Shown here: positions 1-9,866 of the stretch, piece by piece
Layout: every line of letters begins with the position of its first letter
Numbering within the stretch: the stretch's first letter is position 1
DNA from: an uncultured Oscillospiraceae bacterium
GTDB lineage: Bacteria > Bacillota > Clostridia > Oscillospirales > Ruminococcaceae
Reading direction: 5' to 3'
Length of the DNA: 56,764 bases
Assembly (NCBI GenBank): GCA_964508295.1
Contig: CAZDSQ010000001.1
Span: 1-56,764 of the forward strand
Translations under genes and position numbers: made by a program
The notes under the pieces: model-generated
The model's input: only the letters and a program-made list of their open reading frames with translations
Databases searched by the model: none
What the model was told of the DNA's origin: nothing

Positions 1-2
1 AT

Positions 3-647
3 ATGAATGTTAAGATCGGCCCTACACACGCAGGCATTACCGTTGGCGAGGACGGTGCAACCCATCAGTGCAACGAGGATATCGCTCTCATGCGCACGAT
101 CCCCGGTATGACAATCATCAACCCTTGCGATGACGTTGAGGCTAAAAAGGCTGTTTTTGCCGCTTATAAGCACGAGGGGCCTGTTTATATGAGATTTGGC
201 AGACTTGCTGTTCCCGTTGTAAATGACGAGGATTACGAGTTTGAAATCGGTAAAGGCGTAACTCTTAGAGAGGGAACCGACGTTACAATTATCGCAACCG
301 GTCTTGAGGTTTCGCAGGCTCTTGAAGCTCACGAAATGCTCAAAGCTGAGGGTATCTCTGCAAGAGTTATCAATATTCACACCATTAAGCCTCTCGACGA
401 GGAAATCGTTGTTAAGGCCGCAAAAGAAACCGGCGCCATCGTTACTGCTGAGGAGCATAGCATAATTGGCGGACTTGGTGAGGCTGTTGCAACAGTTGTT
501 TGCGACAAATGTCCTGTTCCTGTTGTAAAGGTTGGTGTTAAGGATTGCTTCGGCTATTCCGGCCCCGCTGCAAAACTTATCCAGCTCTTTGGTCTTGATG
601 CAGAAACTATTGCAGATAAAGCTAAAGAAGCTATCGCAAAGAAATAA
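3..647 (+). CDS. Transketolase C-terminal subunit (5' end lies outside the window)
   Basis: ORF is open from the window edge. Translation contains GEDGATHQCNEDIALMRTIPGMTIINPCD and IHTIKPLD, typical of the split transketolase subunit B. Confidence 0.85.
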   Translation: MNVKIGPTHAGITVGEDGATHQCNEDIALMRTIPGMTIINPCDDVEAKKAVFAAYKHEGPVYMRFGRLAVPVVNDEDYEFEIGKGVTLREGTDVTIIATGLEVSQALEAHEMLKAEGISARVINIHTIKPLDEEIVVKAAKETGAIVTAEEHSIIGGLGEAVATVVCDKCPVPVVKVGVKDCFGYSGPAAKLIQLFGLDAETIADKAKEAIAKK

Positions 648-665
648 ATACAAATTAAAAGTAAA

Positions 666-696
666 ACCGCTCTCTTAAAAAAGAGGGCGGTTTTTA
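666..696 (+). terminator. Rho-independent terminator after the transketolase gene
   Basis: 11-bp stem ACCGCTCTCTT/AAGAGGGCGGT with an AAAA loop, followed by a T-run. Confidence 0.6.
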
Positions 697-709
697 TTCC
701 CTATAAAAA

Positions 710-737
710 GAAAAGCCGCTTTTTAAGCGGCTTTTTG
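710..737 (-). terminator. Terminator downstream of the aspartate kinase gene (usable in both directions)
   Basis: Stem AGCCGCTT/AAGCGGCT flanked by an A-run and a T-run, immediately 3' of the minus-strand ORF ending at 743. Confidence 0.55.
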
Positions 738-742
738 TTGTT

Positions 743-1951
743 TTAGATGTTAAAGAAAGCATCGTGAATAACTCTTGCAGCCTTGTCGCTCTCAGCCTCG
801 TCAATGATAACCGAAACCTTGATTTCGCTCGTGGTAATCATGCTGATGTTTATGTTTGCATCAGCAAGAGCCTCAAACATTTTAGCAGCGATGCCGGGGT
901 TGCTCTGCATACCTGCGCCAACGAGGGATACCTTCGAAATCTTGTCTTTGGTAACAACCTTGGTTGCGCCGAACATATCAAGATTGTCATTGATAACCTG
1001 AACAGCGAGGTCAAGATTGTCTTTGTTAACAGTAAAGCTGATATCCTTTGTATTTTCACGGCCTACAGACTGAAGGATAACATCAACATTAACCTTTTTC
1101 TGAGCGAGAAGTGAGAACATCTTGAACGCAATACCGGGCTTGTCGGGAAGACCGATAACTGCAACCTTAGCTATATCTTTATCAACTGCAACGCCTCTAA
1201 CCAACATTTTTTCCATTTTAACGACCTCCTTAACCTTTGTACCGGGTTTTCTTTCTAAACTTGATAAAACTTCGAGTTCAATATTGTGTTTCTTTGCGAG
1301 CTCAACAGAACGGTTGTGAAGAACTTGTGCGCCGAGAGAAGCAAGCTCAAGCATCTCATCAAAGGTGATCTCGTCAAGCTTCTTGGCGGTGGGAATCTTT
1401 CTGGGGTCTGAAGTATAAATTCCGTCAACGTCGGTGTAGATCTGGCAAAGATCGGCTTTAAGAGCAGTTGCAAGAGCAACGGCGCTTGTATCAGAGCCGC
1501 CACGACCGAGAGTGGTTATATCATCATATTTATTAATACCCTGGAAGCCTGCAACGATAACAATATTCTTTTTGAGGATCTCGTTGTGAAGTCTGTCGTT
1601 AGTGAATTTAGAAATTCTTGCATTTCCGTAGTTTGAGTCGGTCTTAAGACCAACCTGCCAGCCGGTAAGCGAAATAACAGGGAAGCCCATTCTTTCGATC
1701 GTCATAGCTAGAAGCGAGATAGAAATCTGCTCGCCTACAGAAAGAAGAACGTCCATCTCTCTTTTTGAGGGAGAGGGGTTAACCTCTTTTGCTTTCTCAA
1801 TGAGGTCGTCGGTCGTATCACCTTGAGCAGAAACAACAACCACAACGTCGTTTCCGGCTTTATATGTGTCGGTAATGATTCCGGCAACGTTTCTAAGCTT
1901 CTGTGCGTCTGCAACAGAACTTCCTCCGAATTTTTGAACTATAAGTGCCAT
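743..1951 (-). CDS. lysC: Aspartate kinase
   Basis: 402 aa. N-terminus MALIVQKFGGSSV, then GRGGSDTSA, and two C-terminal ACT-like repeats. Lies directly downstream of hom. Confidence 0.9.
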   Translation of the reverse strand: MALIVQKFGGSSVADAQKLRNVAGIITDTYKAGNDVVVVVSAQGDTTDDLIEKAKEVNPSPSKREMDVLLSVGEQISISLLAMTIERMGFPVISLTGWQVGLKTDSNYGNARISKFTNDRLHNEILKKNIVIVAGFQGINKYDDITTLGRGGSDTSAVALATALKADLCQIYTDVDGIYTSDPRKIPTAKKLDEITFDEMLELASLGAQVLHNRSVELAKKHNIELEVLSSLERKPGTKVKEVVKMEKMLVRGVAVDKDIAKVAVIGLPDKPGIAFKMFSLLAQKKVNVDVILQSVGRENTKDISFTVNKDNLDLAVQVINDNLDMFGATKVVTKDKISKVSLVGAGMQSNPGIAAKMFEALADANINISMITTSEIKVSVIIDEAESDKAARVIHDAFFNI

Positions 1952-1981
1952 AGTGAAATCTCCGTTTCCTAATCTAAGATA

Positions 1982-3214
1982 TTATTTAAGCACTCTGAAG
2001 AAGGAAAGAACCTCTTCACCATGCTGTTTTAACTCGTTTAATGCGCTTTCAAAAGATGCTTCTTTTATTGACTTGGTTATAAACATAGTCTGCTCGCCGT
2101 CATCAAAAACAAGGTCGCCTTCACCAAAAAGGGAAGTAAGACTTGCTTTTGCAGTTTCGGTGCCTTTAACACGCAGACAGAAGGCAAACTCTCCGTCTTT
2201 GCGGTCAATAACCTTGTCCTTGCTGCCGTCCTGCCAGAAAACAGGCTCGTCGGTAGGAGCAAAGCGAACGCACTCAATAATGTCAGAAACAACTGCGCTT
2301 GCAGTAGGCAGCTTTCCAGCGCCTCTGCCGTAAAAGGCAACCTCTCCAACTGCGTCGCCAACAGCAACAACACCGTTAAATACGTCTTTTATGTTTGAAA
2401 GGCGGCTTGTGGGTGCAACCATCATAGGAGCAACTAGAACCTGAAGCTTTCCATTTTCAACACGTTTGCAGTAAGCAATAAGCTTGATTGTATAACCGAT
2501 TTTGGTGGCTGCAGCAACGTCATCAGATGTTATTTTTGTGATTCCCTCGGTGCAAACGCTCTCGGGATAAATATGCTCGCCCGAAATAAGAGAGGCAAGG
2601 ATACAGATCTTGCGGCAGGCATCGTGGCCGTCAATGTCAGCAGAGGGATTGCGCTCGGCATATCCAAGCTTTTGTGCGAGGGAAAGAGCATCCTCAAACG
2701 ACATTTTTTCCTCAAACATCTTTGTAAGAATAAAGTTGGTAGTTCCGTTAACTATACCCGCAACCTGTTCAATGTTGTTTCCAATAAGACACATTCTCAA
2801 AGGACGGATAATGGGAATACCGCCGCCGACACTTGCCTCAAACAAGTATAGCACCTTATTTTCTTTTGCAATCTCCAGAAGCTCGGCACCCTTTGTTGCA
2901 ACAAGCTCTTTGTTAGAGGTTACAACGCTTTTTCCGGCCTCGAGACAACGTTTAGTAAAGTCGTAGGCGGGCTTTATGCCGCCGATAACCTCGGCAACAA
3001 CGGTAACCTCAGGGTCATTTACTATAATCTCGAAATCGTAAATGAACTTTTCATCAAAGCCGGTTCCTTTGTGCTCAACGATATCGAGTATGTATTTAAT
3101 GTCAACATCAGGGTTAATTTTCTTTTTAATACTGTCAAGGCTGTTGTAAAAGGCTTCAACAACGCCTGAGCCTACAACACCGTAACCCATTACTGCAATT
3201 TTCTGACCTGCCAT
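1982..3214 (-). CDS. hom: Homoserine dehydrogenase
   Basis: 410 aa. GYGVVGSG Rossmann motif, catalytic region FEASVGGGIPII, C-terminal ACT-like domain. Only 30 nt upstream of lysC. Confidence 0.9.
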   Translation of the reverse strand: MAGQKIAVMGYGVVGSGVVEAFYNSLDSIKKKINPDVDIKYILDIVEHKGTGFDEKFIYDFEIIVNDPEVTVVAEVIGGIKPAYDFTKRCLEAGKSVVTSNKELVATKGAELLEIAKENKVLYLFEASVGGGIPIIRPLRMCLIGNNIEQVAGIVNGTTNFILTKMFEEKMSFEDALSLAQKLGYAERNPSADIDGHDACRKICILASLISGEHIYPESVCTEGITKITSDDVAAATKIGYTIKLIAYCKRVENGKLQVLVAPMMVAPTSRLSNIKDVFNGVVAVGDAVGEVAFYGRGAGKLPTASAVVSDIIECVRFAPTDEPVFWQDGSKDKVIDRKDGEFAFCLRVKGTETAKASLTSLFGEGDLVFDDGEQTMFITKSIKEASFESALNELKQHGEEVLSFFRVLK

Positions 3215-3401
3215 TTTTGCACTCCGTTTTCTTAATTTTCTACAAATGTCAAATTATAATATATAAAAATATTTTACATTATTTTTAGGCGCATTTCAAG
3301 AGCAAAACGCCACTTTTTTGGCATTAAATCGGCAAAAAAGCAAATAATTATTAAATTACGAATAAAATATACAGAATAAAAGGGGAAAGAAGAGAATTTG
3401 T

Positions 3402-4478
3402 ATGTACCAAAACGCCTGCAAAACAAAATATCTGCATAAACTTTTTCCTGCCTTTGTGGTGATTGCAGTTGTATTTGCGATAAGGTATTTAGGTGCCTTT
3501 CTTTTGCCGTTTGTAATTGGGTTTGCTTTTGCAATGCTTATACGGAGCTTTGTGAAATTTATCGAGGGCGTTACTGGAATGAACTCAAAAATCTCGGCGG
3601 GAATCTGTACGACTGTGTGTTATGTTTTGATTTTTTTACTTATTTACTTTATTGTAAGTCTTTTTACCGATGAAATAATCCGCTTTTTTGATAACCTTCC
3701 GCAAATTTATGAAAGTAAAATTGTGCCGACAATCAAAAAGATTGAGCAGCTTATTATAGGTTTTGGCGGTAAAAACAGCGAGTTTGAGAAAATGATTACA
3801 AGCTTCTTGATGGGTGCAGAAAATGAGCTTTCTGCTTTCTTCAAAACGCTTTCGGGAAATGCCGCCGAAAGTCTTGCAAAACTGCTTTTAAAAATTCCGG
3901 ACCTGCTTGTAACAATAACGGTAACGATAGTTTCTTCGTTTTTTATTAGCATTGATTATACTGCGATAAACGACTTCTTTTTATCTCAGCTAAAGCCAAA
4001 ATCAAGAGAAAGATTTACCCAAATAAAAGAGGTGTTTTTTAAGTCAGTAAGTAAAATATGTATTTCGTATTTTCTGATTTTCTTGATAACATTTGCAGAG
4101 CTTTCGGCAGGACTGTTTCTCCTAAAGGTTAAACACGCGTTGATAATTTCCTTGGTCATTGCCGTTGCTGATATTTTCCCTGTAATAGGAACCGGAACTA
4201 TACTTTTACCTTGGGCGATAATTGAAATATTAAACGGTAACAAGCCACTTGCACTTGGAATATTTGTTCTTTTCCTTATTATATCGGTTGTAAGAAATAT
4301 AATAGAGCCTAAAATTATCGGCAAAAACAGCGGTATCCACCCCGTTGTTACAATGATTGCAATGTATGTTGGTCTTAAACTCGGCGGCGTGATTTGTGCG
4401 GTAGTATTGCCGTTTGTGCTCATTGTTTTAAAGGAACTAAACGATAAAAATATCATCACCATCTTCCGCAGAGCATAG
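3402..4478 (+). CDS. AI-2E/PerM family integral membrane protein (YtvI-like sporulation membrane protein)
   Basis: 358 aa and polytopic. C-terminal half (FPVIGTGTILLPWAII...EPKIIG) resembles the YtvI/AI-2E family. Confidence 0.7.
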   Translation: MYQNACKTKYLHKLFPAFVVIAVVFAIRYLGAFLLPFVIGFAFAMLIRSFVKFIEGVTGMNSKISAGICTTVCYVLIFLLIYFIVSLFTDEIIRFFDNLPQIYESKIVPTIKKIEQLIIGFGGKNSEFEKMITSFLMGAENELSAFFKTLSGNAAESLAKLLLKIPDLLVTITVTIVSSFFISIDYTAINDFFLSQLKPKSRERFTQIKEVFFKSVSKICISYFLIFLITFAELSAGLFLLKVKHALIISLVIAVADIFPVIGTGTILLPWAIIEILNGNKPLALGIFVLFLIISVVRNIIEPKIIGKNSGIHPVVTMIAMYVGLKLGGVICAVVLPFVLIVLKELNDKNIITIFRRA

Positions 4479-4621
4479 GTAGCAAGAAAATAAATCTCCT
4501 CATATTATGTATTAGTCAAAATAAAAAATCTTGACTGTTTAAATCAAGATAATGTTGGTAAAACTATTTTTGACAGATGAAAGCTTTCAAAAGGAATTGA
4601 AATAAACGGAGTGTGAATACC

Positions 4622-4981
4622 TTGACTGTAAAAAGAGGAGAAATATATTATGCTGATCTAAGTCCTGTTGTCGGCTCAGAGCAGGGCGGCGTAAGACCTG
4701 TACTTATCGTTCAGAATGATGTTGGGAACAAGTTCAGCCCAACAGTTATTGCGGCGGCAATAACAAGCCAGCAGGGCAAAAGTAAGCTGCCTACACATAT
4801 AGAGATCCAGTCTGTTGGCTGTGGACTTTCAAAGGATTCGGTTGTGCTTCTCGAACAGATAAGAACGATTGATAAAAAGCGTCTTAAGGAAAAAATGGGA
4901 GCTCTTGATACAAAATCAATGTATCAGGTCGATAACGCTTTGTCTGTAAGCTTCGGCCTTTCAAACAGCAGTCCTACATAA
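4622..4981 (+). CDS. mazF: MazF/PemK-family endoribonuclease toxin (NdoA-like)
   Basis: [35 protein letters not shown]...LPTHIEI...[13 protein letters not shown] is near-collinear with B. subtilis NdoA. A TTG start at 4622 is preferred (GGAG 10 nt upstream). The ORF track starts at GTG 4613. Confidence 0.85.
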   Translation: MTVKRGEIYYADLSPVVGSEQGGVRPVLIVQNDVGNKFSPTVIAAAITSQQGKSKLPTHIEIQSVGCGLSKDSVVLLEQIRTIDKKRLKEKMGALDTKSMYQVDNALSVSFGLSNSSPT

Positions 4982-5014
4982 TCTTGGTGGGACAAAAATA
5001 AAAGGGTTAATTTG

Positions 5015-5045
5015 CGATGCGACTATTATGTCGCATCGTTTTTTG
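5015..5045 (+). terminator. Rho-independent terminator after mazF
   Basis: 9-bp stem CGATGCGAC/GTCGCATCG, 6-nt loop, followed by TTTTTTG. Confidence 0.7.
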
Positions 5046-5107
5046 TTGAAAAAATTAATATGGTGTGATATACTGTTTATATAATTGCTTTTGGAGGAAA
5101 AAGATAG

Positions 5108-6070
5108 ATGGATTGGCTTGAAATAAAGGTTTTTACAAACACAGAGGGAATAGAACATATCGGCGGAATGCTCTTAATGCTTGGAATAAATGGATATTCT
5201 GTTGAGGACAAAAATGATTTTGAAGAGTTTCTTACCCAAACAGAGATTTATTGGGATTATGTTGACGAATCTCTTAATAGATTAAAGACCGTTGAAACAA
5301 CCGTCACATTTTATGTTACTGATGATGCAGAGGGCAGAGAACAGCTTTCTCTTGTTCGCAGCGAGCTTGAAAGAATACGCTCAAATGTCGGTAATTCTCT
5401 CGGCAGACTTGAAATGGATATTTCGGGTCTGCAACAATGCGATTGGGAAAACGGCTGGAAAAAGTATTTTAAGCCATTTACGGTAGGAGAAAGCCTTATA
5501 ATTATTCCGTCGTGGGAACAAATTCCCGATGGAAATACCCGCAAGGTTTTGACTATTGACCCCGGTATGAGCTTTGGCACGGGTCAGCATCACACAACTA
5601 AGCTGTGCATAGAAACCTTAGAAAAATGTGTGTTTAACGGGTGTAAAGTATTAGACCTTGGCAGCGGTAGCGGCATTCTTTCGATAGCTTCTTTGCTGCT
5701 TGGAGCAAGCTCTGCAACGGCGGTAGATATAGATCACCTTGCAGTTGATGTTTCTAAGGATAACGCGGCTCTTAACGGATTTTACGAGCCTGAATTTACG
5801 GCATATCAGGGCGATATTTTAAGCAACAATGATGTCAAGGCAAAAATAAGCGGTAAATATGATATAGTTGTTGCAAATATTGTTGCCGATGTTTTGATTG
5901 CATTCGCTCCTGTTTTTAAAGACTATATGCACGAAAACACAAAGCTTGTCTGCTCAGGAATAATCGCCCATAGGCTTGAGGATGTTAAAAATGCGTTAAA
6001 GCAAAATGGGTATAATATTATATCTCAAAAAGAAGAATCCGAGTGGTTTGCTGTTGAGCTGAGTTTGTAA
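5108..6070 (+). CDS. prmA: Ribosomal protein L11 methyltransferase
   Basis: 320 aa. IDPGMSFGTGQHHTT and the SAM motif VLDLGSGSGILSI. Confidence 0.85.
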   Translation: MDWLEIKVFTNTEGIEHIGGMLLMLGINGYSVEDKNDFEEFLTQTEIYWDYVDESLNRLKTVETTVTFYVTDDAEGREQLSLVRSELERIRSNVGNSLGRLEMDISGLQQCDWENGWKKYFKPFTVGESLIIIPSWEQIPDGNTRKVLTIDPGMSFGTGQHHTTKLCIETLEKCVFNGCKVLDLGSGSGILSIASLLLGASSATAVDIDHLAVDVSKDNAALNGFYEPEFTAYQGDILSNNDVKAKISGKYDIVVANIVADVLIAFAPVFKDYMHENTKLVCSGIIAHRLEDVKNALKQNGYNIISQKEESEWFAVELSL

Positions 6071-6081
6071 AGAGGTTTCTT

Positions 6082-7020
6082 ATGAGTTTTAAAAATGAGT
6101 ACAGAATAGTAAAAACTAAAAGAAACAAAATAAATCCCTCTTTGATTGTATGGGCAGTTGTAGTTTTACTTATTTCTTTTTTGATCATGGCGGTGCTAGG
6201 CGCCTTTTCGGGAGATAATAAAAATGTATCTTCTTTGGCATCTGAGTCAAGCGCTGTAAATGCGATAACGGAAACAAGTTCACAAGAGTCTTCATCAGAG
6301 GAATCAACTTCGTCAGAAGTAAGTTCTGCGCATGCTTCAACCTCTTCACAAACACAAACCTCGTCCTCAAAATCCGAAACAAGCAGTAGGACTTCATCTG
6401 TTGTAACTTCGTCGGCATCAAACATTACAGCAAAAGTTCCTAACGGAGATTGGCGACTTATTATTGCGAACAAGCAGTATCCGCTTCCCGAAAGCTATGA
6501 GGTGAATGTTTCATATGTTTCGGGTAGTTATAGGCTGGATAGCCGCATTGTAGATGCATATAATTCTATGATTGCCGGAGCAAAAGAGGATGGAATAACT
6601 CTAAAAATTATTTCGGGCTTCAGAACATACCAAGGACAGACAACCTTGTTCAATAATAAAGTAAACAAGTATCTGAATCAAGGATATTCAAGAGAAAAGG
6701 CAACCGAGCTTGCCGCTCAGTATGTTGCCCCGCCGGGAACAAGCGAGCATTTAACCGGGCTTGCGGTCGACCTTATTTCTACAAACTGGTATAGTTATAA
6801 CAGCGATTTGAATTCTAACTTTGAAAACACAAAAGAATTTGAGTGGCTTTATAACAACTGCGCTGAATATGGCTTTGTTTTGAGGTATCCTAAAGATAAA
6901 GAGGCTATTACGGGATATTCCTATGAGCCTTGGCATTACAGATATGTTGGTGTTGAGGCGGCAAAAGAAATTATGAGCAATAAAATTTGCCTTGAAGAGT
7001 ATGTAGAGCGTTTTAACTAA
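6082..7020 (+). CDS. M15B (VanY-type) D-alanyl-D-alanine carboxypeptidase, membrane-anchored with a Ser/Thr-rich linker
   Basis: N-terminal TM segment and a Ser-rich spacer. Catalytic motifs SGFRTYQGQ, PGTSEHLTGLAVDL and EPWHYRYVG. Confidence 0.75.
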   Translation: MSFKNEYRIVKTKRNKINPSLIVWAVVVLLISFLIMAVLGAFSGDNKNVSSLASESSAVNAITETSSQESSSEESTSSEVSSAHASTSSQTQTSSSKSETSSRTSSVVTSSASNITAKVPNGDWRLIIANKQYPLPESYEVNVSYVSGSYRLDSRIVDAYNSMIAGAKEDGITLKIISGFRTYQGQTTLFNNKVNKYLNQGYSREKATELAAQYVAPPGTSEHLTGLAVDLISTNWYSYNSDLNSNFENTKEFEWLYNNCAEYGFVLRYPKDKEAITGYSYEPWHYRYVGVEAAKEIMSNKICLEEYVERFN

Positions 7021-7040
7021 AAGGAGTAAATGGTGTTTTT

Positions 7041-8279
7041 ATGATCGAGCTTGAAAAGCGCGTGCAGAGATGCCTGCTTGTTGGAGTTGATACAGCAGAA
7101 TATGACTGTGAAAGCTCGCTTGATGAGCTTAAAATGCTTTGTGAAACTGCTGGCGGCGAAGTCGTTGGCTTTGCGTCGCAAAAATGCGATGCGCCCGATA
7201 AAACAACCTGCGTCGGAATAGGAAAACTCAAGGAAATTGCGCTTTTCTGCGATGTGAACGAGGTTGATCTTGTTATCTTTGACCTTGAGCTTTCTGCAGT
7301 TCAGCTTAAAAATATTGAAAATGTAATCTCCTGCGCTATAATTGACCGCACTATGCTGATACTCGATATTTTTGCAGGTAGAGCAAATACTGCTGAGGGC
7401 AAGCTACAGGTAGAATTAGCACAGCTTAAATACCGTCTGCCGCACCTTTTGGGAAAGGGAAGTGCTCTTTCTCGTCTTGGCGGCGGTATAGGAACGAGAG
7501 GCCCCGGTGAAAGCAAGCTGGAAAGTGATAGGCGGCATATCCACCGCCAGATCGATTCGCTTGAAACAGAGCTTGAAAAAGTAAAGAAAAGAAGAGAAAC
7601 CACACGCCGAGCAAGAAAAGAAAACGAGATAAGCACAGTCGCTCTCGTTGGATACACCAATGTTGGAAAATCTACTATTCTCAACAAATTGACAGGCTCA
7701 GATGTTCTTTCTAAGGATATGCTTTTCGCAACCCTTGACCCAACAACCCGAAGCCTGACTCTTGAGAATGGGCAAACAGTTCTTTTGACCGATACGGTTG
7801 GCTTTGTCAGCAGACTTCCGCACCAGCTCGTCTCTGCATTTAAATCTACTCTTGAAGAAGCTGTTTACGCCGACCTTATTTTGAATGTCTGTGATATAAG
7901 TTCTGAGGACTATGAAAATCAGCTTGCAGTTTCTAACAAGATTCTTTTGGAGCTTGGCTGCGATGAAAATAAAATCATAACAGTCTATAATAAATGCGAC
8001 AAGCTTATTGGCGGAATAGGCGTTTTGATTGATAACAAATCGGTTGTGATTTCTGCTCATTCAGGTTTTGGGCTGGATAATCTTTTAAAGAGGATAGAGG
8101 ACGAGCTTTGCAGTACAGTAAAGTTGGATCTCTTGTTTCCTTATGACAAGATGGATCTGATAGCAAAAATAAGAAAAAACGGAAACGTTGTATTACAGGA
8201 ATACAGCGAAAGCGGCGTTTCGGTTACTGCTTACGTGTCGAAAAAGGAAATATATCTTGTCGAAAAATATATAGTTTAA
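7041..8279 (+). CDS. hflX: GTPase HflX
   Basis: 412 aa. HflX N-domain (IFAGRANTAEGKLQVELAQL), G1 motif GYTNVGKST and G3 motif DTVGF. Confidence 0.9.
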   Translation: MIELEKRVQRCLLVGVDTAEYDCESSLDELKMLCETAGGEVVGFASQKCDAPDKTTCVGIGKLKEIALFCDVNEVDLVIFDLELSAVQLKNIENVISCAIIDRTMLILDIFAGRANTAEGKLQVELAQLKYRLPHLLGKGSALSRLGGGIGTRGPGESKLESDRRHIHRQIDSLETELEKVKKRRETTRRARKENEISTVALVGYTNVGKSTILNKLTGSDVLSKDMLFATLDPTTRSLTLENGQTVLLTDTVGFVSRLPHQLVSAFKSTLEEAVYADLILNVCDISSEDYENQLAVSNKILLELGCDENKIITVYNKCDKLIGGIGVLIDNKSVVISAHSGFGLDNLLKRIEDELCSTVKLDLLFPYDKMDLIAKIRKNGNVVLQEYSESGVSVTAYVSKKEIYLVEKYIV

Positions 8280-8304
8280 AAAAATAAAGAAATTTTTAAA
8301 AAAG

Positions 8305-8334
8305 TTGTTCATTTTTTAAAAATTGTGTTATAAT
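8305..8334 (+). promoter_or_regulatory. Putative sigma-A promoter of nadB-nadC
   Basis: TTGTTC, 18-nt spacer, then an extended -10 TGtTATAAT, about 55 nt upstream of the nadB ATG. Confidence 0.4.
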
Positions 8335-8387
8335 GAATTAAAGCAATGTTTTGTTGCTTGTTTTATGTTATCAAAGAGGACAAAAGT

Positions 8388-9854
8388 ATGAAAAATCATT
8401 ATGATGTTTTAGTTATCGGAACGGGTGCCGCGGGTCTTTACGGTGCGCTTCATATCTCTCCCGAGATGAGTGTTCTTTCTGTCTGTAAGGGTGAGATTTT
8501 GCTCAGTAACAGTGACCTTGCTCAAGGCGGTATTGCTGCAGTTACTCTTGATGAGGATAAATATGAGTACCACATCAAAGACACAATGATCGCGGGCGGT
8601 TATGCAAATAATCCTGATTCTGTTTATGAGCTTATTATCGAAGGTCCGAAGGATGTTATGAATCTTGCAAGGCTCGGTGTTGAGTTTGATAAAAATGAGG
8701 ACGGAAGCTATAATATGACCCTTGAGGGCGGACATTCGCTGCCCAGAATTCTTCACCGCAAGGATTCAACAGGTAATGCAATCGTTACAACGCTCTCACA
8801 GGTTGTATCTAAGCTTCCTAATGTTACGATTTCTGAAAACACTCAGGCTATAAAACTCGTTAAAGAGGGCGGAGTGTTCTTTGCAACTCTGCTTATCGGC
8901 GATGAACAAAGCGTTGTTTCTGCTGACTATGTTCTTATGGCAACTGGCGGAATAGGCAGAGTGTATGAGTATACAACCAATTCTAAGATTGCTACGGGGG
9001 ACGGAATAGTACTGGCGCATAAGATGGGCGCTGTTGTTGAGAATATGCATTTAATTCAGTTCCATCCTACCGCGTTTGCTCACGAGGATAGGGAAAGACT
9101 GCTTATTTCTGAGTCTGTAAGAGGCGAGGGTGCGTATCTACTTAACTGCAATTTTGAGCGCTTTATGCATAATTATGACGATCGTTGTGAGCTTGCTCCG
9201 CGTGATGTTGTTTCAAAGTGCATTATGCAGGAAGAAAAGAAAACCGGCAGCAATAAGTTTTATCTTAATATTTCGCACGAGGACCCCGAGTTTGTTATAG
9301 ACCGTTTCCCGATGCTTTACGAAAAGCTTAAGGCGGAGGGATTTGATATGACGCGCGATAACATTCCTGTTTATCCCTGCCAGCACTATCTTATGGGTGG
9401 AATACGTGTTGATCTTAATGGTCAGACCACCATCGAGGACCTTTATGCTGCGGGCGAATGTACCCACAGCGGTGTACACGGAAACAACCGCCTTGCAAGC
9501 AATTCGCTTCTTGAGGCTGTTGTTTTTGGCAGAATGGCTGCCCTTGAAATCAATAGGAAGTTTAAGGAAAACGGCAAAAAAGCATCTGTTTCTGAGCCTG
9601 CTGATATGATAGAAAAGTGTGGAAATACACCGCTTCCTCACGGCTACAGAACAAAGATAAGACATCTATTGCAAAAGGGCTTTTACGTTGTGCCTGATGT
9701 TGAGGCGGCTAAAAACTCTATAAATGAGGTTAAAGAAATCCAAAAGATTTTGGAAAATAAGGATTTTGTGATTTCAAGAGATCTTGTTGAAGCAAGAAAT
9801 ACTGCTATAATTGCCAACATTATTCTTAATGATGTAATAAATGCCAATTCTTAA
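8388..9854 (+). CDS. nadB: L-aspartate oxidase
   Basis: Start chosen at MKNHYDVLVIGTGAAGL (AGAGGA RBS). FAD motif, HPTA and GGIRVD motifs. Confidence 0.9.
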   Translation: MKNHYDVLVIGTGAAGLYGALHISPEMSVLSVCKGEILLSNSDLAQGGIAAVTLDEDKYEYHIKDTMIAGGYANNPDSVYELIIEGPKDVMNLARLGVEFDKNEDGSYNMTLEGGHSLPRILHRKDSTGNAIVTTLSQVVSKLPNVTISENTQAIKLVKEGGVFFATLLIGDEQSVVSADYVLMATGGIGRVYEYTTNSKIATGDGIVLAHKMGAVVENMHLIQFHPTAFAHEDRERLLISESVRGEGAYLLNCNFERFMHNYDDRCELAPRDVVSKCIMQEEKKTGSNKFYLNISHEDPEFVIDRFPMLYEKLKAEGFDMTRDNIPVYPCQHYLMGGIRVDLNGQTTIEDLYAAGECTHSGVHGNNRLASNSLLEAVVFGRMAALEINRKFKENGKKASVSEPADMIEKCGNTPLPHGYRTKIRHLLQKGFYVVPDVEAAKNSINEVKEIQKILENKDFVISRDLVEARNTAIIANIILNDVINANS

Positions 9855-9866
9855 AGGAGTTTTTAA

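Noticed and set aside
3215-3401. A possible lysine (L-box) or other riboswitch in the leader of the hom-lysC operon.
   Set aside because: The spacer is AT-rich with no convincing conserved helices and no terminator/antiterminator pair. It is more likely a pair of divergent promoters.
6230-6420. A Ser/Thr-rich low-complexity stretch in the VanY-like protein, and a similar tail in PBP1A (15593-15680), viewed as possible DNA repeats.
   Set aside because: These are compositional linkers within intact ORFs, not tandem nucleotide repeats.
6018-6473. A 151-aa minus-strand ORF. Similar long antisense ORFs occur at 3986-4462, 9213-9665, 12347-12763, 32395-32742 and 40974-41357.
   Set aside because: Each lies entirely antisense to a well-supported gene with clear family motifs. 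They have low-complexity or odd composition and no RBS, so they are typical shadow ORFs.
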